Positions 48,975 through 57,158 of a stretch of 64,000 nucleotides of DNA are shown here, one piece after another (position 1 is the first letter of the stretch; each line of letters starts with the position of its first letter). Origin of the DNA: Candidatus Nomurabacteria bacterium (GTDB lineage Bacteria; Patescibacteriota; Minisyncoccia; Phycocordibacterales; UBA9973); the NCBI GenBank assembly GCA_023898605.1, contig CP060230.1:131944-195943 (forward strand), in the 5' to 3' direction. The translations under genes and the position numbers were made by a program. Under the pieces are notes generated by a model. It made no database searches. It saw only the letters and a list, made by a program, of their open reading frames with translations, and was not told the DNA's origin.

Positions 48975-49015
48975 ATGGGGCTATTATACCCGAAAAACCC
49001 CTTATGGTCAAAGAC

Positions 49016-50764
49016 TCAAGAAGAGTGGGCGTTTGTCACTCCAAAAGTCATATGATCCTTGAAAAACTCCATATTTGTTCTGACTTTTTTGTTTGGATTG
49101 AATATATTTTGTGGATCAAATATATCTTTTGTTTCTTCGAAAAGATTGATGACTTCTCTGTCGTACATCATAGATAGATACGGTGTTCTAACGATACCGT
49201 CGTTGTGCTCTGCCGTTATAGATCCTCCGTATGACAAAACGAGTTTATAAACCTTGTCAGAAAGTTCCAAAACCACATCTTTGAGCGTTGGATCTTTTGG
49301 ATCTACAAGAGGAATTATGTGGAAATTTCCGTTTTCAGCGTGGCCTGCGATTGTGTAAACAAGATTTGGATAAGCCGCAACGAGCTCATTGACCTTGGGC
49401 AAGAATTCAGAGAGATATTCTGACCTAACAATAACATCGTCGATAAACGGAGCAGTTTTTTTACCCGCAACGTGCTTTCTTAGGAGTGCGAAGCTATCAC
49501 GTCTCATCTGCCAGTACTTTTCTGCTTCACGAGAAGACTTGGTAACTCTAACTCTTAGGTTTAGATCCTTGATTACTTCTTTTGCTGCTCGAGCTTTTTT
49601 GTCTATTTCTTTTTCATCTTTGCCGGCATATTCAGAAAGAATGATAAGTTTTGGAACACCGCCAAAGAGTGTCATCAAAACTTCTGGCAAGAATTCTAGA
49701 CCGAACTTGAGTGTAGAAAAGAATCCCTTGTTTTTTACAAAATCTTTGAAGAACTTAACTGCCAACCAAAAAGTTTTGTCATCATAAGACTCGATACTTA
49801 TAGGCCCTGTCGCTAGAAGTCTGTCTACAATCTCACCTATATTGTTGAAATCTTTCAAGAATACAACCATTAGTTTTGATTTTGGAATAGCGTCTACAAG
49901 ATAAAACTTGATCTTCGTAACAGCACAAAGTGTGCCCTGTGATCCAACAACAAGCTTACATAGATCGAAAACGTCTTCCATCTCGTCGCCACTTTCTGAT
50001 TTTGTAAGTACATTCCACAAGTAATATCCTGCAGAGTTTTTTGTGACGTTTGGCTTGGCAGCGGCTATAGTTATCTCGTTTGATTTGATAAGTTCATACA
50101 TTCTTTTGTATATTTCACCCTCTGCTGTTTGTTCTGTGATTTTTTTGTAAAGCTCTCTTCTTGTTATAGGTTTTATTGTATATATATTTCCATCACGCAA
50201 AACAACTTCAAGCTCTGCTACATAGTCTTCTGTTTTTCCATAGCGAAGTGTAAGTTCTCCACCAGAGTTATTTCCAACCATACCACCAAGAGCGTTGAGA
50301 GACTTGGAGGCTGTGTAGCATGGGAGAAGTAGTCCCTTGTCTTTTGCTAGAGGTTCAAAATCTCGATAATAAACACCTGGGTCAACAACTGTATATCCTG
50401 TGACTTTCACTTCTTGTGAGCATGGAAAAACAGGTAGGATTTTTATAGGTTTTTTTAGTTTTTCTATAACATGAACTTTGTTCATGAATCTTGTTGTGTC
50501 CAAAACAAAAGATTCCCCCAATGGTCCACCAGACATACATGTTCCAGCGGCTCTCATCGTTATATTGATCTTCTGATCATGAGGAAGATTTCTATTTTGA
50601 TCATTTATCCATTTTGTGAGGTTCGATACGTCTTCGCTATCTTTTGGAAAAAGAACTATTTGGGGTTTGATAGAAAATATACTTGCATCATGACTGTATT
50701 TCTCCAATGTTTCATCTGAATTTTCTATGTCACCTTTCCAAAACTTTTTTATTTCTTGAATCAT
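49016..50764 (-). CDS. FAD-linked oxidase (PCMH-type FAD-binding + C-terminal oxidase domain; GlcD/D-lactate dehydrogenase-like)
   Basis: LEKYSHDASIFSIKPQIVLFPKDSEDVSNLTKWIN...RAAGTCMSGGPLGESFVLDTTRF; C-terminal ...HAENGNFHII.... The start is set at the internal Met (MIQEIKK); the longest ORF (to 50875) would overlap the RT gene by 65 nt. Confidence 0.75.
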   Translation of the reverse strand: MIQEIKKFWKGDIENSDETLEKYSHDASIFSIKPQIVLFPKDSEDVSNLTKWINDQNRNLPHDQKINITMRAAGTCMSGGPLGESFVLDTTRFMNKVHVIEKLKKPIKILPVFPCSQEVKVTGYTVVDPGVYYRDFEPLAKDKGLLLPCYTASKSLNALGGMVGNNSGGELTLRYGKTEDYVAELEVVLRDGNIYTIKPITRRELYKKITEQTAEGEIYKRMYELIKSNEITIAAAKPNVTKNSAGYYLWNVLTKSESGDEMEDVFDLCKLVVGSQGTLCAVTKIKFYLVDAIPKSKLMVVFLKDFNNIGEIVDRLLATGPISIESYDDKTFWLAVKFFKDFVKNKGFFSTLKFGLEFLPEVLMTLFGGVPKLIILSEYAGKDEKEIDKKARAAKEVIKDLNLRVRVTKSSREAEKYWQMRRDSFALLRKHVAGKKTAPFIDDVIVRSEYLSEFLPKVNELVAAYPNLVYTIAGHAENGNFHIIPLVDPKDPTLKDVVLELSDKVYKLVLSYGGSITAEHNDGIVRTPYLSMMYDREVINLFEETKDIFDPQNIFNPNKKVRTNMEFFKDHMTFGVTNAHSS

Positions 50765-50800
50765 AAAATGAATTATATCATGCAAATTTTCTAAAATAAA

Positions 50801-50821
50801 AAGCTGGTTTTTACCCAGCTT
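50801..50821 (-). terminator. Intrinsic terminator at the RT gene end (aagctgg-gtaaaaa-ccagctt followed by TTTATTTT on the minus strand)
   Basis: 7-bp stem whose loop contains the RT stop codon; T-run at 50786-50798. Confidence 0.55.
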
Positions 50822-51809
50822 TGTTGTGAAAACTTTCTCGAAAGATTTCATAATTTTCGACAATCCAATCGTCATCTTTTGTCCAACTATCCACGTTTTT
50901 TGGCACCAGCTTTTTGAATATAGCCATCATGCCGTTGATTTCAGGAAAGTTAGATGGGTCATTCAACCTACCGTTTTCATCCAAACCATAAAGGGCTACG
51001 TGAAGTAATCCTTTTATTTTGGCTCGATAATCACGTGGCAAGAAAAGTTCTCCTTTTGAAACGGTATTTCTGATACCAATTCCATTAATGCTCGCGCCGT
51101 GGTTTTTTGTTAGATCAATTACTTTTGTTTTCCTTTCGGAAATCGTAAATCCCTGATTTCTAACAAAACCAAGTATTGCTTTTCTTTTTCTTTTGCCAAA
51201 TGGCTCTGGTGAAGAGAAGATCAAGTCGTCTCCCATCCTAGAGTATCTGGCATTATATTTATGCGCCAATAAAGCAAGATATATATCGAGCTTATAATGA
51301 GCATATATATTGAAAAGCCAAGGAGAAACAGGAAGCCCCTCTGCAAGAGTCATGTTCGGATCAGTACAATACAAAATCATAGATATAGTCCAATCGATTA
51401 CTGGATTAATCCCATTAATTTGGCAAAATATTTCAACGTAAATACTTGCTTCAATAAGATCCATACTATGATATGCAGACTTTAGATCTGTAACAAACCA
51501 GTGTCTAGGGTAAAACTTTCTGTTTTCTTTGTGATGCTGAAGGGCGGCAATGGGTGGAGTACTGATTCCCTTTATCCACTGATATGCATAAGGAAGATTC
51601 TTTTTATTGTAAACCGGGCTCAATACTTCTTTCATGATATCGTGCATGATTCGAAGAGTTTCGTTTGGTTTACATATAACCCTAACTTTTCTTTTACCAG
51701 AAGAAGAATATGTGACTATTTCTTCTGTTTTATAACCTGGTAAAGGACTTTTGTTTTGTAGTAAAAAATGATCGGTTGGAAAATCAATTGATAATTGTTT
51801 TTCCGACAT
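50811..51809 (-). CDS. Retron-type reverse transcriptase
   Basis: RT motifs close to retron Ec86: A FVTDLKSAYHSM (cf. NIDLEDFFPSL); B GLPVSPWLFNIYAHYKLD (cf. GAPSSPKLANLICSKLD); C YSRMGDDLIFS (cf. YTRYADDLTLS); D FTISERKTKVI (cf. LVINSKKTCIS); thumb ASINGIGI (cf. KVTGLVIS). 332 aa, no extra domains. Confidence 0.8.
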   Translation of the reverse strand: MSEKQLSIDFPTDHFLLQNKSPLPGYKTEEIVTYSSSGKRKVRVICKPNETLRIMHDIMKEVLSPVYNKKNLPYAYQWIKGISTPPIAALQHHKENRKFYPRHWFVTDLKSAYHSMDLIEASIYVEIFCQINGINPVIDWTISMILYCTDPNMTLAEGLPVSPWLFNIYAHYKLDIYLALLAHKYNARYSRMGDDLIFSSPEPFGKRKRKAILGFVRNQGFTISERKTKVIDLTKNHGASINGIGIRNTVSKGELFLPRDYRAKIKGLLHVALYGLDENGRLNDPSNFPEINGMMAIFKKLVPKNVDSWTKDDDWIVENYEIFRESFHNKAG

Positions 51810-51835
51810 TGTTAATTTTCTATTTATTTGACATC

Positions 51836-51864
51836 TTTATATAAAAAAATAATGTTCATGTCAA
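51836..51864 (-). promoter_or_regulatory. Putative RT-proximal promoter TTGACA-17-TATAAA (minus strand)
   Basis: Reverse strand reads TTGACAtgaacattatttttttaTATAAA about 30 nt upstream of the RT ATG. Confidence 0.4.
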
Positions 51865-51871
51865 TTTATAA

Positions 51872-51898
51872 AAAAGTCCGTGCATTGCACGGACTTTG
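51872..51898 (-). terminator. Hairpin gtccgtgc-att-gcacggac with flanking A/T runs between the putative ncRNA and the RT gene (terminator/attenuator)
   Basis: Perfect 8-bp stem; the minus strand is followed by TTTTTAT. Confidence 0.5.
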
Positions 51899-51899
51899 A

Positions 51900-52195
51900 A
51901 TGAGTTGTGGTACCCTTGTAGAAAATTTTAGATTAGTTTTGTTTGCTTTGTTTTGTTTTTTTGGCTTTAGGCGAAAAAACTCATCAGATTTCGTCTTTCG
52001 TCATAAAATCACGTTAAAGACTAATCTTTGTGAATTGTCATTGCAAATCTCATTTCTAAGATTTACTACTCTGGACATCGATCCAGATATTTTGATTGAT
52101 TGGCTTTAGCCAAAAAAACAAAACTACCTATGATTTAATCTCCCTTCAAAATATACAAAACTATTACTAAAAGATTCAAGGTACCACGTCACCGA
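51900..52195 (-). ncRNA. Candidate retron msr/msd non-coding RNA
   Basis: Upstream of and co-directional with the RT. 8-bp inverted repeats gtggtacc (51907-51914) and ggtaccac (52180-52187) are positioned like retron a2/a1. A perfect 16-bp long-range inverted repeat (51950-51965 gttttgtttttttggc with 52109-52124 gccaaaaaaacaaaac) encloses a ~140-nt hairpin-rich segment. ORF-free. Confidence 0.4.
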
Positions 52196-52230
52196 GATTC
52201 GCCTCTGGTGAAAATATCTTTTTCATATTG

Positions 52231-52259
52231 ATTGTAATTATAAATAAAAATATTTGCAA
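52231..52259 (-). promoter_or_regulatory. Putative promoter for the ncRNA/RT unit: TTGCAA-17-TACAAT (minus strand)
   Basis: Reverse strand reads TTGCAAatatttttatttataatTACAAT, about 35 nt upstream of the a1 repeat. Confidence 0.4.
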
Positions 52260-52279
52260 ATATTTTTTCCACTTTTATC

Positions 52280-54043
52280 CTACTCCAAAATTGCCTTTAT
52301 TCTCCTGACTCCAGCAGACGATGCTTCTTCTTTTTTTATCTTGAAGACCTTGGGCGTCCCATCGGAATTGGCCCCTAGTTCACCAGTGTTTTCTACGTGA
52401 GGTCCACCACAAAACTCTATGCTATATGGATTTCCATTTTCGTCTTCTATAAAGTAGACCGATACTATATCTGGATATTTCGCGCCAAACTCCATTTCTG
52501 CGCCAAGTTTTTCTGCTTCCTCTTTTGGCATTTCTCTTTTTATAACCTTGTATTTCTTCTGTATTGCTTCATTCACCAATCTTTCTACCTCTTTCTTTTC
52601 TTCGTCTGTCATCTTGCGATCAAACGCAAAGTCCATCCTTAGTCTATCTTCTGTTATGTTTGAACCTTTTTGTTTTACCTCATGCCCCAACACTTCCTGA
52701 AGTGCTTTTAGTAGGAGGTGGTGAGCAGTGTGAAGCTTTATGGTTTGTGGTTCATGGTTTACTAGACCGCCCTTAAACATACCAGCCGAAGAACTTTGCG
52801 AAAGATCTTTGTGTTCTTTCATTTTGTTTTCGAAATCTGTCATATCTACAGACACACCTTTTTCTTTTGCGAGTTCAAGTGTCATTTCGATAGGAAAACC
52901 GTATGTTGTAAAAAGAGTAAATGGATCTGTTCCCTTCTCAAACTCTTTTAGTCCAGCCGATAGAGTTTCTCTAAACTTTGTTTCTTCTTTTTGTATAACT
53001 TCTTTTATTTTTACAAGGTCTATATTCTCGTATATATCACCGTATAGATGAACAAATTCTTCTACTATTTCCAGAAGCGCTCCTTCTCTCATGCCAATCT
53101 TTTCGCTTATCCTAACAGCTCTTCTTATAAGTCTTCTTAGTATGTACCCTCGTTCATTGTTAGATGGTAGAACTCCATCAGATATAAGAAACATCGCAGT
53201 TCTAGCATGGTCGGCTATTATCCTTTTTGAAGAAAGGTCGTCAACACTTGTCATAGACTCTATCTTTTCAAAAACTTTTTCAAACAAGTCTGTATCATAA
53301 ACACTTCTTTTGTTTTGTACGGTTGCAAGAAGTCTCTCGAATCCCATACCAGTATCTATACCCAGAGTTTCTGACTTTGTAAGTTTTGCTTCACCTTTGT
53401 CTAGTTTTTCTCTAGAACCGTCGCACATATACTCGTTGAAAACGATATTCCAAACTTCCACATCTTCACCAGCTGCGTTTTTACAATATATTTCTGTTGT
53501 CGGTCCACATGGTCCACTATCTCCAGTTGGTCCCCAGAAAACATCTTCTCCATCTTCTCTTATGTCTTTGATTCCAAGTTCAAGCCATATATCGTGCGAC
53601 TCGGTATCTTTTGGAACAAAGTCATTGCCACGGAAGTAAGTAACATAAGAAATCTCTAAACCAAGCTCTTTTGTGATAAAGTCATGTGCGTAGACTATAG
53701 CTTCGCGTCTTCCATAACCACCCTTGGGCGAGGCAGACTCGCTGGGCCTATAGCCAAAAGAAAAGTTTCCGAGCATTTCGAAGAAAGTAAGGTGTGTAGA
53801 GTCTCCTACTTCTTCTATATCGCCTGTTCTTACGCATTTTTGGATACTAACTACGTTTTTTGACCCGAAGTCTTTGGTAGCGTCGTCTGGATGACTATAA
53901 TAGAGCTTGAATTGTTGCATCCCGGCTGTTGTAAACAAAACAGTAGGATCAGCCTCTGGGACTAGAGAAGAAGACGGTATCCTCTTGTGACCCTTGCTGA
54001 AAAAGTATGCCAAGAACTTCTGTCTTATGTCGCTTGAATTCAT
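52280..54043 (-). CDS. alaS: Alanine--tRNA ligase (catalytic + tRNA-binding + editing domains; lacks C-Ala domain)
   Basis: N-terminal FLAYFFSKGHKRIPSSSLVP...PTVLFTTAGMQQFK; editing HxxxH (HTAHHLL) and CGGPHV motifs; ends after ...SAGVRRIKAILE at 587 aa. Confidence 0.9.
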   Translation of the reverse strand: MNSSDIRQKFLAYFFSKGHKRIPSSSLVPEADPTVLFTTAGMQQFKLYYSHPDDATKDFGSKNVVSIQKCVRTGDIEEVGDSTHLTFFEMLGNFSFGYRPSESASPKGGYGRREAIVYAHDFITKELGLEISYVTYFRGNDFVPKDTESHDIWLELGIKDIREDGEDVFWGPTGDSGPCGPTTEIYCKNAAGEDVEVWNIVFNEYMCDGSREKLDKGEAKLTKSETLGIDTGMGFERLLATVQNKRSVYDTDLFEKVFEKIESMTSVDDLSSKRIIADHARTAMFLISDGVLPSNNERGYILRRLIRRAVRISEKIGMREGALLEIVEEFVHLYGDIYENIDLVKIKEVIQKEETKFRETLSAGLKEFEKGTDPFTLFTTYGFPIEMTLELAKEKGVSVDMTDFENKMKEHKDLSQSSSAGMFKGGLVNHEPQTIKLHTAHHLLLKALQEVLGHEVKQKGSNITEDRLRMDFAFDRKMTDEEKKEVERLVNEAIQKKYKVIKREMPKEEAEKLGAEMEFGAKYPDIVSVYFIEDENGNPYSIEFCGGPHVENTGELGANSDGTPKVFKIKKEEASSAGVRRIKAILE

Positions 54044-54106
54044 GTGACTAAAATATAGCGTATTTTGGCAAAATAAAAAAGCACCCCTATGAGGGGGCTT
54101 GTTAAG

Positions 54107-54514
54107 TTATTCCAAAGATCGCATTGGTTTAGAGAATCTTTTTCTGTTGAGAGATTTCTCCACAACTCTTGAAAGCTCTGTGTTCGATAGTCTCAACATC
54201 TCTTCCACATCTTTCCGATTCTCATCCTTGATTATCATCCCCCTACGACGAAGAATTTCTTCCCAATACCGGATCTTTATACGAGACCCGCTACTTAACC
54301 TCGTGAGCACGTTGTAATCAGGATTGAAAATTTGATTGATTCTCTTCCTTCTCCATCTTTCTATCAAACCAACTGAATCAGGATCTACATTCTGAAGAAG
54401 TCGACCTCCGTCTTCTCCTATGAACCTCGTTTTTGCAAGGATGGGAGTAACACGTGAGAGAAGATGAACGTGCCATAAGAATAAGACACATTCCAAAGGT
54501 TTATTAGTTATCAT
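54107..54514 (-). CDS. Hypothetical protein with HuH-like (LWHVHLL) motif; possible degenerate Y1/IS200-RayT-like transposase remnant
   Basis: 135 aa, Arg-rich; HVHLL near the N-terminus resembles the HuH motif of IS200/RayT transposases, but the rest aligns poorly. Composition differs from neighbours. Confidence 0.25.
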   Translation of the reverse strand: MITNKPLECVLFLWHVHLLSRVTPILAKTRFIGEDGGRLLQNVDPDSVGLIERWRRKRINQIFNPDYNVLTRLSSGSRIKIRYWEEILRRRGMIIKDENRKDVEEMLRLSNTELSRVVEKSLNRKRFSKPMRSLE

Positions 54515-54557
54515 ACGGTACTAGTTTTTCCTCATACTAGCACAAAGAATAGAGATT

Positions 54558-54977
54558 CTAAAGTGCGATAAGTATAGCTCCGCCTAGAACCAAAAGTGCT
54601 CCTATAACAGACTTTATAGTAAGGGTTTCTCCCAAGAAAAGTGCTGCAAATATGATAGCAAAAACAACAGAGGTTCTGTCTAGTGCAACAACAGGAGAAA
54701 CGCTCCCATCTCTGATCGCGATAAAATAAAAGAGCCATGACAATGCTCCAGCTATACCAGACAGGAGTATAAAAACCCAAGTTCTAGACAATCCAAATAT
54801 GTCTCCTATCATATTTATTTTTCCAGTAAACAAAACCACCCCCACAAGAAAAAGCGCCATAACAACAGCTCTTACAGCAGTAGCAAGAGTTGTATCTACA
54901 TCTTTTAGACCAATTTTTGCAAATATAGAAACAAGAGCAGCAAAGACGGCAGAAAGTATCGCATAGACTACCCACAT
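54558..54977 (-). CDS. EamA/DMT-superfamily small transporter (4 TM)
   Basis: 139-aa, four-helix hydrophobic protein with the EamA-like pattern (...ALFLGETLT...LVLGGAILIA). Confidence 0.65.
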   Translation of the reverse strand: MWVVYAILSAVFAALVSIFAKIGLKDVDTTLATAVRAVVMALFLVGVVLFTGKINMIGDIFGLSRTWVFILLSGIAGALSWLFYFIAIRDGSVSPVVALDRTSVVFAIIFAALFLGETLTIKSVIGALLVLGGAILIAL

Positions 54978-54981
54978 AAAA

Positions 54982-55464
54982 TCATTCTTGATTATCTATT
55001 TTTTCTTTTTTCTTGTATCTTTTTGACCTACGTACGATTTCTTCCAAGAACCAAAGTGCGATAAATATAAATAGTGTGAGTATTGTTCCCAAAAATGCCA
55101 AGTAGAAAAGTCCAAATCCAGAAGCAACTCCTATAGCAGCGGCAACCCATATACTAGAAGCAGTTGTTACTCCGACAACATGATCGCCTTTGACGAGTAT
55201 TAGTCCAGCTCCGAGAAATCCTATACCAGCAACGACTTGGCTCGCCACACGGAGATAGTCTCCATCAAAAAACTGACCGTACTTACCGATTATTGTTTCA
55301 GATATGATTATGAAAAGTGCTGCTCCCATAGAAACAAGAGAATACGTTCTCATGCCAGCTGTCTTGTGAGCATAGAGTCTCTCTGTACCAACAGCGATAC
55401 CACAGACAAGTGCTACGGCCAATCTCATAAAAATATCTATTTCACCTAAAGCAAAGTTTTCCAT
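54982..55464 (-). CDS. MgtC/SapB family membrane protein
   Basis: RLAVALVCGIAVGTERLYAHKTAGMRTYSLVSMGAALF...GIGFLGAGLI...TTASSIWVAAAIG matches the MgtC core. Confidence 0.8.
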   Translation of the reverse strand: MENFALGEIDIFMRLAVALVCGIAVGTERLYAHKTAGMRTYSLVSMGAALFIIISETIIGKYGQFFDGDYLRVASQVVAGIGFLGAGLILVKGDHVVGVTTASSIWVAAAIGVASGFGLFYLAFLGTILTLFIFIALWFLEEIVRRSKRYKKKEKIDNQE

Positions 55465-55480
55465 ATAGATATTTTATAAA

Positions 55481-56626
55481 TTAAACAGAAATTATTCCAC
55501 CACCTTTGCACACATTTTTTTCATACACCACCATGGACTGTCCACTAGATAGTAGTGGCCTTTCAACGTCGAGCGTGAAAATTGTAGATTTATCACTTTC
55601 TTTTTTAGACAAACATTTTGCTTTGTAAATCTTGCCATGATAACGAAACTCTACATCATACTTTTCTCCGACAGAAAATCCACCAGAAAGTTCGTTGCAA
55701 GCTTTGACCAAAACTAGTTTTCTTTCGTCCATCTTTTCAAGACCATAAGAAGACAAGTCTTCAAATATAGTTCCGCTTCCCCATTTTACTTTTGGATAAG
55801 GTGAGACTGTTATTGTGTTTTTTTCTATATTTTTATCTACAACATATAAAGGTGAGGAGTTTGGAGAAGGTTTGTCTAGAGTAAATCCATGTCTTTCTCC
55901 CATCGTATAAAATATCGCTCCGTCATGAGAGCCGATTTTGTTTCCTTCTGTGTCTAGAACATCTCCACTAGAAGCCTCTACAAATCTAGATAGAAAATCT
56001 TTCATATCTATCTCTCCCAAGAAGCAAACACCCTGACTATCTTTTTTCTTTGCAGTATGTAGTCCTATTTTTTCTGCGATTTTTCGAACTTTAGTTTTTT
56101 TTATGCCACCTATTGGAAAAATTATATCTTTTAGTTTGTCTTGGCTTATCTTCCACAAGAAATAGGACTGATCTTTTGCTTTGTCGAGTCCTCTTATTAG
56201 TTTTTCGTTCTTTATATCGGCATAGTGACCAGTAGCTACCATCGCACCGTTTGATTTTGCAAAATCATAAAAAACACCAAACTTAACTTCTTCGTTACAC
56301 AAAACATCTGGATTTGGAGTAAGTCCTAACTTGTATCCTTCGATCATCACCTCTCCTACTTTTTGTTTGTATGCCTCTTCTGCGTCAAACTCTAAAAACG
56401 GTACACCTAGTCTTGCACATACGCGCATAGCATCTCGTCTATCATCCTTCCAAGAACAAGAAATAAAATCTGGATGCCAAGTACGGATAAAAACGCCGGT
56501 TACGTCATAACCAGCTTTTTGTAGTAGATATAGAGAAACAGACGAGTCTACTCCACCAGAAACACCAATAAAAACTTTTTTGCCTACTGTTTCTTTATTG
56601 CTTTTTTTCGTTAATAATTTTTTCAT
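55481..56626 (-). CDS. mnmA: tRNA-specific 2-thiouridylase
   Basis: PP-loop VFIGVSGGVDSSVS, catalytic cysteines and family-wide similarity; 381 aa. Confidence 0.9.
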   Translation of the reverse strand: MKKLLTKKSNKETVGKKVFIGVSGGVDSSVSLYLLQKAGYDVTGVFIRTWHPDFISCSWKDDRRDAMRVCARLGVPFLEFDAEEAYKQKVGEVMIEGYKLGLTPNPDVLCNEEVKFGVFYDFAKSNGAMVATGHYADIKNEKLIRGLDKAKDQSYFLWKISQDKLKDIIFPIGGIKKTKVRKIAEKIGLHTAKKKDSQGVCFLGEIDMKDFLSRFVEASSGDVLDTEGNKIGSHDGAIFYTMGERHGFTLDKPSPNSSPLYVVDKNIEKNTITVSPYPKVKWGSGTIFEDLSSYGLEKMDERKLVLVKACNELSGGFSVGEKYDVEFRYHGKIYKAKCLSKKESDKSTIFTLDVERPLLSSGQSMVVYEKNVCKGGGIISV

Positions 56627-57149
56627 AAAGTTCTGCTAGAACCCTAGCATCAGAAAGTGCAGTATGTGCCTTTTTGTTATTTATACCATAGTGTTCACAC
56701 AAAGACCTGAGTGAATATCGCAAGTCATCCTTGTGGTGAAGCTTGGCAAAAGCAACAGAAATAGAGTCTATCCTAGGATAGTGCATAAGAGAAGTAATTC
56801 CTGTTTTTTTGAAAGCCTTGTCTATAAATGCCGCATCAAAAGAAAGGTTGTGAGTTACCATAATCGCATCTTTTGTTTTATCGACAAATATTTTCATAGC
56901 TGTTTCGAGGTCATGTGCAAAAAGCCAGTCAGCCTCGTTGTAACCGTTTATTCTCAAACTTTGTGGATCTGCATCTTGTATTCTTTCTGGTTTGATCTTG
57001 ATCTCTACTTCTTCTAGAACTTCGAGCTTTATATCGTCACCATCCCAAGACTGTTTTGCCAAAACTATACCTATTTCAATAAGCTCGTGTTTGTCAAAAT
57101 CGAGACCAGTAGTTTCTGTATCTATAAATGCCAAATTGTGTTTTTTCAT
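56595..57149 (-). CDS. DEDDh 3'-5' exonuclease (DnaQ/epsilon-like)
   Basis: Exo I FIDTETTGLD, Exo II VTHNLSFDAAF, Exo III HTALSDARVLAELY. Confidence 0.8.
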   Translation of the reverse strand: MKKHNLAFIDTETTGLDFDKHELIEIGIVLAKQSWDGDDIKLEVLEEVEIKIKPERIQDADPQSLRINGYNEADWLFAHDLETAMKIFVDKTKDAIMVTHNLSFDAAFIDKAFKKTGITSLMHYPRIDSISVAFAKLHHKDDLRYSLRSLCEHYGINNKKAHTALSDARVLAELYEKIINEKKQ

Positions 57150-57158
57150 AACTATTTT

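Noticed and set aside
50811-50875. Genuine 65-nt overlap of the FAD oxidase with the RT gene
   Set aside because: The conserved oxidase N-terminus aligns from the internal Met (50764). The longer start would add an atypical 37-aa extension running through the RT terminator hairpin.
54532-54975. Two Cys-rich minus-strand ORFs (54532..54780, 54784..54975)
   Set aside because: Alternative frames of the EamA-family transporter gene in a locally GC-richer stretch.
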